DNA of 63,997 bases, counting the filler. It is 5 parts of 5 records of this genome, joined end to end, with 100 filler letters (N's around TTAATTAATTAA, not from the genome) between each part and the next. Parts side by side here need not be neighbours in the genome. Positions count along the whole stretch, not along the records: positions 58,198 to 63,997 come from SRR31156797_8409; 4 more parts are not named here. One strand, written 5' to 3'. Position numbers and translations under genes: made by a program. The notes beneath the pieces are model-generated. The model saw only the letters and a program-made list of their open reading frames with translations. It did no database searches and had not been told where the DNA came from. Shown in pieces: positions 58,660 to 63,997 of this stretch; the stretch's first letter is position 1; each line of letters begins with the position of its first letter.

Positions 58660-58875
58660 TAATAATAAAAGTATTTCATGTATAAAAAAGGGCAAAGATT
58701 TTCTCCAAACATATTATATTAAACTTGAGCACGCATGATACTTCAAAGTTCGTTCTATATTTATTCCTGTTTTCCCAACCACAAAAAGTTCTCCTTCCGT
58801 TATGGAATAAGATTTAATTGAAGTATAAAATTAATTCGTTAAAAAGGGATTCAGAAATTGAATCCCTTTATTTTT
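58660..58875 (+). ncRNA. Candidate structured small RNA (5' end approximate)
   Basis: Nested helices 58738-58746/58818-58826 and 58761-58767/58804-58810 around a C-rich loop, ending in a terminator. Confidence 0.35.
58841..58875. terminator. Bidirectional intrinsic terminator
   Basis: AAAGGGATTCA-GAAAT-TGAATCCCTTT with A/T tracts on both sides. Confidence 0.8.
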
Positions 58876-59533
58876 ATAAAACAATAAGATCGTTCTTAAG
58901 AGCATAAATAACCAGTCCTGCCATATTCTTTGTACCGGTTTTATCGAGTAGCTTTCGTTTATGTCCTTCTACAGTTCTGGAACTTAACGAAAGTTTATCA
59001 GCAATTTCATGTGCTGTTAATTCTTTGCATATTAGTTCTAAAACCTGCATTTCTCTTTTTGTTAGCTCCGGATTTAAATTGTAATTCGTTTTCTTCTTTT
59101 GTTGAAAACTTCGCATTACCAATCCTGAAATATTATCTGAAAAATAAAAATCGTTACTGTTAATTCTTTTAATTGCCATCTCTAATTCCTCCGGATCAGC
59201 ATCTTTCATTAAATATCCGTTTACCCCTTCATTTATCATATGAAGGATGATTTGTTCGTCATCTTCCATTGTTAAAATAATTATTTTTATACCGGGGTAT
59301 AATTCTTTAATTTTCGACTGCGCCTCCATTCCATCCATTTCAGGCATTCTTAAATCCAGCAGAATAATATCAGGTAACGTATCTTGTTTTTCCAATATAT
59401 TTAATAATTCATTTCCACTACCAGCCTCCCATATTTCACCAATAAACTCAAAATCAGACATTAATGCTATCATCCCTTTTCTGAAGAGTTTATGATCATC
59501 GGTGATTACTATATTTATTTTTTTCGAATTCAT
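58874..59533 (-). CDS. NarL/LuxR-family response regulator
   Basis: TDDHKLFR, LLDLRMP, LTKREMQVL..SSRTVEGH. Confidence 0.93.
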   Translation of the reverse strand: MNSKKINIVITDDHKLFRKGMIALMSDFEFIGEIWEAGSGNELLNILEKQDTLPDIILLDLRMPEMDGMEAQSKIKELYPGIKIIILTMEDDEQIILHMINEGVNGYLMKDADPEELEMAIKRINSNDFYFSDNISGLVMRSFQQKKKTNYNLNPELTKREMQVLELICKELTAHEIADKLSLSSRTVEGHKRKLLDKTGTKNMAGLVIYALKNDLIVL

Positions 59534-60309
59534 ATATAAATAACAGCTGTTGTCCCTTTTCCCGGTTTCGATTTTAATTTATATTTTGCATTAACTATCT
59601 GCGTTCTGCTTTCCAGGTTTTTAATCCCTAATCCAGTTTGTAATTTCTCATCAACAATAAATCCTTTCCCGTTATCAGAAATTGAAATTAACAAATTTGT
59701 TTCTGAAAACCGGAAATTTATATAAATTTTTGACGCTTCAGCATGTTTTATTGCGTTATTCAATAATTCTTGTATAATTCTAAAAACAGCTAATTCTTTT
59801 TCGATATTTAACCGGAACGACTCCCCTTTCATCCAAAATACAGCTTGAATTTGTCCCGATTTATTTATCCAATTGCATAATTCCTCCACAGCAAAAGACA
59901 AACCCAATTTTTCAAGAGATGGTGGTAAAAGATCCCTTGAGATTCGTCTCACTTGTGTAATTAACTCATCGATATATAATTTGGTTTCGCCTGCGAGTTG
60001 TTTTGGCAATTCCGCTTCTGATTTTCGTTGAATACGACCAACATTCAACTTTACAACCGATAACATTGCTCCAACTTCGTCGTGCAAATCGCGAGCTATA
60101 CGTTTTCTTTCTTTCTCCTGAGCCGAAAGTGTATTTCGTAAGATCTCTTCTTGCTGCTCCGTTTTTAAACGATTTAACTCCAATTCTTTTTTTAACATCC
60201 GTTTCTGATAGGTTACAAAAAAAAACAGTATTGCAGCAGCAAGAATAATCATTCCCACAGTACCAAGAAAATATATGAATACAACTTCGGTGTTACCTGA
60301 ATCTAGCAT
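59530..60309 (-). CDS. HisKA_3 histidine kinase with one N-terminal TM and no sensor domain
   Basis: ERKRIARDLHDEVG, FRIIQELLNNAIKHA, DNGKGF, GLGIKN; start MLDSG (60309) preferred. Confidence 0.9.
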   Translation of the reverse strand: MLDSGNTEVVFIYFLGTVGMIILAAAILFFFVTYQKRMLKKELELNRLKTEQQEEILRNTLSAQEKERKRIARDLHDEVGAMLSVVKLNVGRIQRKSEAELPKQLAGETKLYIDELITQVRRISRDLLPPSLEKLGLSFAVEELCNWINKSGQIQAVFWMKGESFRLNIEKELAVFRIIQELLNNAIKHAEASKIYINFRFSETNLLISISDNGKGFIVDEKLQTGLGIKNLESRTQIVNAKYKLKSKPGKGTTAVIYI

Positions 60310-60462
60310 AAAGGGTATAATGTAAAACGATAAAAATAAGAACAAATTCAATTAATCTTATAAAAAAAAGAATTTGTTTTGTTTTGTTTTACATAACGAT
60401 CAAAATCTAAAATAAATCTTTGAAGCTTTTCGCAAAACGAAAAATTAGAATATTCTTAAATT

Positions 60463-61128
60463 TTAATTACTCTTTTTAATGCTAAATTCTTTTTTTGAAT
60501 ACAACCTTTTTGTAATAAATCCAATTGCTATAAAAAAATAGAATGAAATATTCAATCCCATAAATATAGTCGTGATTACGCGAGTAAACGAAATTGAATT
60601 TTTTAATGCCAAATTAAACAATACATGAAAAAAGAAAGATCCTGAGAAATACAGCAAAACACCGGTATTAATCCAAACCATTGGCTCCTTTACCAATTTT
60701 TGAACTTTTGTTTCAACCATAATTTTATAAAAATAGATAATTGAAAATACTACCAGGATTAACGCTCCTACAGATCGGGCGTTTGAATATTCATATAGAT
60801 TTTGTATAAAAGACACATTTAAGATACAGTACATAATAAAAATAACCATAACAATAATTAGGGGTTTAGATTTAATAAATCCGGCATACTGCTTTAGATA
60901 AAACAGAGCTAAAAACAGAAACTCAACAGGTACATAAAAATGTAAAGCTGGTCTTGTGTCCATGTTCCACAATTTTATGCTCATAAATATTGAAAGGTCG
61001 GTGATAAATGCAAATACTACAAATGCCAGTAAAATTTTAAAATCTTTTTCTAAATGTTTAAGAACCCAAAACCCTGCTATTACTGCTGAAAACTCAAAAA
61101 ACAAGCTTAAAAATTGCTGTACAGTCAT
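60463..61128 (-). CDS. Stand-alone 7-TM membrane protein of unknown function
   Basis: Seven hydrophobic segments, e.g. PMVWINTGVLLYFSGSFF; ATG 1 nt after the upstream stop. Confidence 0.8.
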   Translation of the reverse strand: MTVQQFLSLFFEFSAVIAGFWVLKHLEKDFKILLAFVVFAFITDLSIFMSIKLWNMDTRPALHFYVPVEFLFLALFYLKQYAGFIKSKPLIIVMVIFIMYCILNVSFIQNLYEYSNARSVGALILVVFSIIYFYKIMVETKVQKLVKEPMVWINTGVLLYFSGSFFFHVLFNLALKNSISFTRVITTIFMGLNISFYFFIAIGFITKRLYSKKEFSIKKSN

Positions 61129-61129
61129 G

Positions 61130-61774
61130 CTATTGAGAATTATACTTACTTCCTTCGTCGCAATAAGGAGGGCACAAATGAGCAAAATCAAATGCCTCTG
61201 ATGTATCTCCGTCTGTCCTTGAATCCTTTACATCAGAATAAAGAATTACATTCATTGTTTTTGCAATCCCAAAACTAATTTCCGCTTCCTTTTTATTCTC
61301 AACATTAAATATTTCGTGCAATTCATATTTGGTAAAAAGGTATGCTTTGGGGTAAATATATTTTCGCATTTCAGCAAATTTATCATCCGGATTAAGTTCT
61401 CCTTTTCTCCAACGCTGGTATTTCTTAATGCTTTCTACCACCTCATCAGTATTGTCGGAGTAATTTTGATTCTCTTTTGAAAGTTTAAACACCGGTGTTT
61501 CGTAATCTACATAAACATCTCCACTACCCAGAAGAAAAGCCGATACGGCAAAAGCGCAAATCGTAAAATTACCTTCTTTTTCTTCCGATTCAATCCCTAA
61601 ATAAATTCTTATTCTGTTTTCATTTTCGCCTGCCAATAATTTATACGTTTCTTTTTGCAAAATTATTTTAGGAACATTCAAATTGAATGACAACTTTTTC
61701 TCTTCATTAAAATTTGCTCGCCAGTTATTGACTTGCTTGGGAGGAAGTTGGTCGCGTTTTAAGTTTGAGCTCAT
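61130..61774 (-). CDS. Uncharacterised protein with C-terminal DFAHLCPPYC motif
   Basis: 214 aa, no signal peptide, RIRIYLG motif, ends AFDFAHLCPPYCDEGSKYNSQ. Confidence 0.75.
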   Translation of the reverse strand: MSSNLKRDQLPPKQVNNWRANFNEEKKLSFNLNVPKIILQKETYKLLAGENENRIRIYLGIESEEKEGNFTICAFAVSAFLLGSGDVYVDYETPVFKLSKENQNYSDNTDEVVESIKKYQRWRKGELNPDDKFAEMRKYIYPKAYLFTKYELHEIFNVENKKEAEISFGIAKTMNVILYSDVKDSRTDGDTSEAFDFAHLCPPYCDEGSKYNSQ

Positions 61775-61933
61775 TGTGTATTTAAATTTGGTTAAGTAAA
61801 AATAGTGAAAATCTTTGATGAATTATAGTTCGCAAAACATACGATTCCATGAATTTTATGCAATTTCAACTTTACTATCTTGCACATTATAACTTGTATT
61901 TCTAATAATTGTTTTGTTAAATATTTAATGCAT

Positions 61934-61956
61934 AAAAAAACTGCCCTCAGGCAGTT
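61934..61956 (-). terminator. Intrinsic terminator
   Basis: AACTGCC-ctca-GGCAGTT with A7 on the plus strand. Confidence 0.7.
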
Positions 61957-61987
61957 CTTTGAAAACAAAAGTTAATAGTAATGTAGT

Positions 61988-63181
61988 CTAGTAGTAAATA
62001 TCGTCTTCGAAATAATATCCGTCATTTATATAACCATCGTCGTATGCATAATATCTTTCGGGGTAATGTACCAAACGAAATCCGTAGTCTGAATATTCAA
62101 AAAATAAGTTTCCAACCCTGAAATATAAATAGCCATTTATATAAACTCTTTCATAATTGTACGGTAATGTGTCGAAAACCATTCCGAAAGGCATATCCAC
62201 TAAAACATATCCAATTCCCCTGCGATATCTAAAAAAATGACCATTATAACTGTAATATCTGTAATTATTATGAATATATATATTTGGTTTATATACAAAC
62301 CTGCGAATTACATGTCCAAACACTGAGTGATGGTAATAATGTTTGTGATAACTGAATGAGTGAGGATGATACCCGTTGTAATAATCTCTCCAACTGTTAT
62401 GATTCCAACGATATCTTTCCCAATTGTTGTTCCAATGATTGTAGGTTCTATAATTGTAATTTTTGTAATAATTTCGGTTATAATTATTATAATGTTTGTA
62501 ACCTGGATTATAATTGTGTGACCAACTTTTATTACTCCCCTTATAATTCTGATTTGGTTTATACCTGCGATCGTTACTGTTTAATTTATATGTTTCACGC
62601 ACATTGTTTCGGTTGGGTCTGGCATTTCCCCTTGTTGAAACATTTGCCGAACTACGGTTTTCTGTTCGGTAACTGGTGCTGGTATTTCTACGAGTAACAG
62701 TTCCTTTTGTATTAATCTCAGATTTATTTCTGGTTTGCTGTACATTACGATTTGCTGTTGTACTTTTCCTGTTGCTGTTTTGCGTGTTTCGAACTATTTT
62801 TTGTTGATTCTGGTTTCTGTTGCTGGTGGTAGTTGCCCTTTTGTTTTGTGTCGAATTATTTTTACGAACAGTGTTTGCCTTTTGCGATTTTTTTGCCTGT
62901 GAAGCATTTCCCCGATTAACGGTTGCCCGTGAATTTCGTTGTACATTTCGCGAATTATTTACAGTTGGCTTCTTTGTGGCGTTTTTATTTGTGTCGTAAT
63001 TTTTAAATGTACTTTTATTATTTACGGTATTTCTGCGACTTTTTTCACTCCTTTCAACGCGCGATTCAGTGTTTTTTGTCTGACTTTGCCGGCGTTGAGC
63101 GTTTGCAGGAAATGTTGATGCTAATGTAACTGCTGTAAGAGTAACCATCATTACAAACAGTTTAATATATAATGTTTTCAT
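61988..63181 (-). CDS. Secreted low-complexity N/R/T- and Y/N/H-rich protein with small C-terminal beta domain (DUF6515-like)
   Basis: Signal peptide ending ANA-Q; long polar tract; YYSYNGHFFR..GYVLV..P.G C-terminus. Confidence 0.7.
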   Translation of the reverse strand: MKTLYIKLFVMMVTLTAVTLASTFPANAQRRQSQTKNTESRVERSEKSRRNTVNNKSTFKNYDTNKNATKKPTVNNSRNVQRNSRATVNRGNASQAKKSQKANTVRKNNSTQNKRATTTSNRNQNQQKIVRNTQNSNRKSTTANRNVQQTRNKSEINTKGTVTRRNTSTSYRTENRSSANVSTRGNARPNRNNVRETYKLNSNDRRYKPNQNYKGSNKSWSHNYNPGYKHYNNYNRNYYKNYNYRTYNHWNNNWERYRWNHNSWRDYYNGYHPHSFSYHKHYYHHSVFGHVIRRFVYKPNIYIHNNYRYYSYNGHFFRYRRGIGYVLVDMPFGMVFDTLPYNYERVYINGYLYFRVGNLFFEYSDYGFRLVHYPERYYAYDDGYINDGYYFEDDIYY

Positions 63182-63264
63182 GACTTCAATTTTTAAAATT
63201 TTCAACAATAGATTTGCTTTGCTCTTTTGGCGCCTTTCTTATTACATGTAATTGCTTAAAATAT

Positions 63265-63281
63265 TGCAAAGCCTGTGCCAA
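63265..63281 (-). promoter_or_regulatory. Sigma-54 -24/-12 promoter
   Basis: Minus strand TTGGCAC-AGGCT-TTGCA. Confidence 0.78.
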
Positions 63282-63387
63282 AAACACAAACACAAATCAC
63301 ATGAACTATACAACAAATTAAGATACAACGCATTAAGCACTATTTTTTTTTGTCCAAAATCTATATAATTTTACGCCCACAAAATTT

Positions 63388-63810
63388 ATGGGAAGAATAT
63401 TAGCCATCGACTACGGAAAAAAAAGAGTTGGATTAGCGGTTACCGATCCAAATCAGATTATTGCAAATCGGTTAACAACGGTTGCAACACATACGCTTTG
63501 GGATTTCCTAAAAGAATATTTTCAAAAAGAGAATGTAGAAACGGTTGTGGTTGGTTATCCGGTAAAACTGAACAACCAACCCTCTGAAGCTGTTACTTAT
63601 ATTAATCCGTTCTTAAAACAATTTCAGGTAAAGTATCCTGAGATCAAACTTGAGTTGATGGATGAACGTTTTACCTCAAAAATGGCATTTCAAACCATGA
63701 TTGACGGTGGAATAAAAAAACAGAAAAGAAGAGATAAAGCAATGGTAGATGCAATTAGTGCTACCATTATTTTACAGAATTATTTAGAACAAAAAAGGCA
63801 TCAGCAATAA
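63388..63810 (+). CDS. ruvX: YqgF/RuvX pre-16S rRNA nuclease
   Basis: ILAIDYGKKRVGLAVTD, VVGYP, DERFTS, VDAISATIILQ. Confidence 0.93.
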   Translation: MGRILAIDYGKKRVGLAVTDPNQIIANRLTTVATHTLWDFLKEYFQKENVETVVVGYPVKLNNQPSEAVTYINPFLKQFQVKYPEIKLELMDERFTSKMAFQTMIDGGIKKQKRRDKAMVDAISATIILQNYLEQKRHQQ

Positions 63811-63863
63811 TTTAATTCATAAAATATGAATATTTTTGTTGCTCCTTAAATTATATAGTACAA

Positions 63864-63997
63864 ATGAAATATCCGGTTACGGTTTATGGCGATGCATTGC
63901 TTAGAAAAAAGGCAAAAAAAATTGATGAGGACTTTGAGGGATTAAGCGAGGTTATTGAAAATATGTGGGAAACCATGTATTACTCTGATGGTGTTGG
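63864..63997 (+). CDS. def: Peptide deformylase, N-terminal fragment
   Basis: MKYPVTVYGDALLRKKAK..NMWETMYYSDGV; follows ruvX. Confidence 0.85.
   Translation, partial: MKYPVTVYGDALLRKKAKKIDEDFEGLSEVIENMWETMYYSDGV

Noticed and set aside
61793-61808. TAAGTA-AAAA-TAGTGA upstream of the CPPxC gene as an autoregulatory site
   Set aside because: Only a half match to the 58585 palindrome, in very AT-rich DNA and very close to the start codon

Overview
This is not one genome locus. It is five contigs joined by 100-nt N/TTAATTAATTAA spacers (13041-13140, 24804-24903, 43280-43379, 58098-58197), so adjacency across spacers is meaningless. (1) 1-13040, Methanosarcinaceae-like archaeon: atwA, HAD hydrolase, matrixin, ogt, AOR, aIF5A-speB, lipoprotein/membrane protein/wHTH cassette, PAS kinase, pcm, oxoprolinase. 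(2) 13141-24803, Bacteroidota: acyltransferase, LytS/LytTR operon with a visible direct-repeat operator, two ECF sigma/anti-sigma modules with visible promoters, OsmC, REP-like repeats. (3) 24904-43279, Desulfobacterota-like: rmuC, alpha-2-macroglobulin, an intervening hybrid kinase, pbpC, zraP/zraS/zraR with sigma54 promoter and enhancer. (4) 43380-58097, Desulfobacterota-like: glgP, a DUF1156 methylase plus PD-(D/E)xK nuclease and MazEF island, a GH13+GH133 debranching enzyme, mrp, acsE/acsC/acsB. (5) 58198-63997, Bacteroidota: ppdK end, a four-gene cassette, a sigma54-driven low-complexity secreted protein, ruvX, def. The best candidate for an undescribed system is in contig 5: a C-terminal CPPxC protein, a stand-alone 7-TM protein, a sensor-less HisKA_3 kinase and a NarL/LuxR regulator, converging on an unannotated structured intergenic region that has tandem operator-like palindromes and may be a regulated sRNA. 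The layout is agr-like. Taxonomy and family names come from motif recognition, not database searches.
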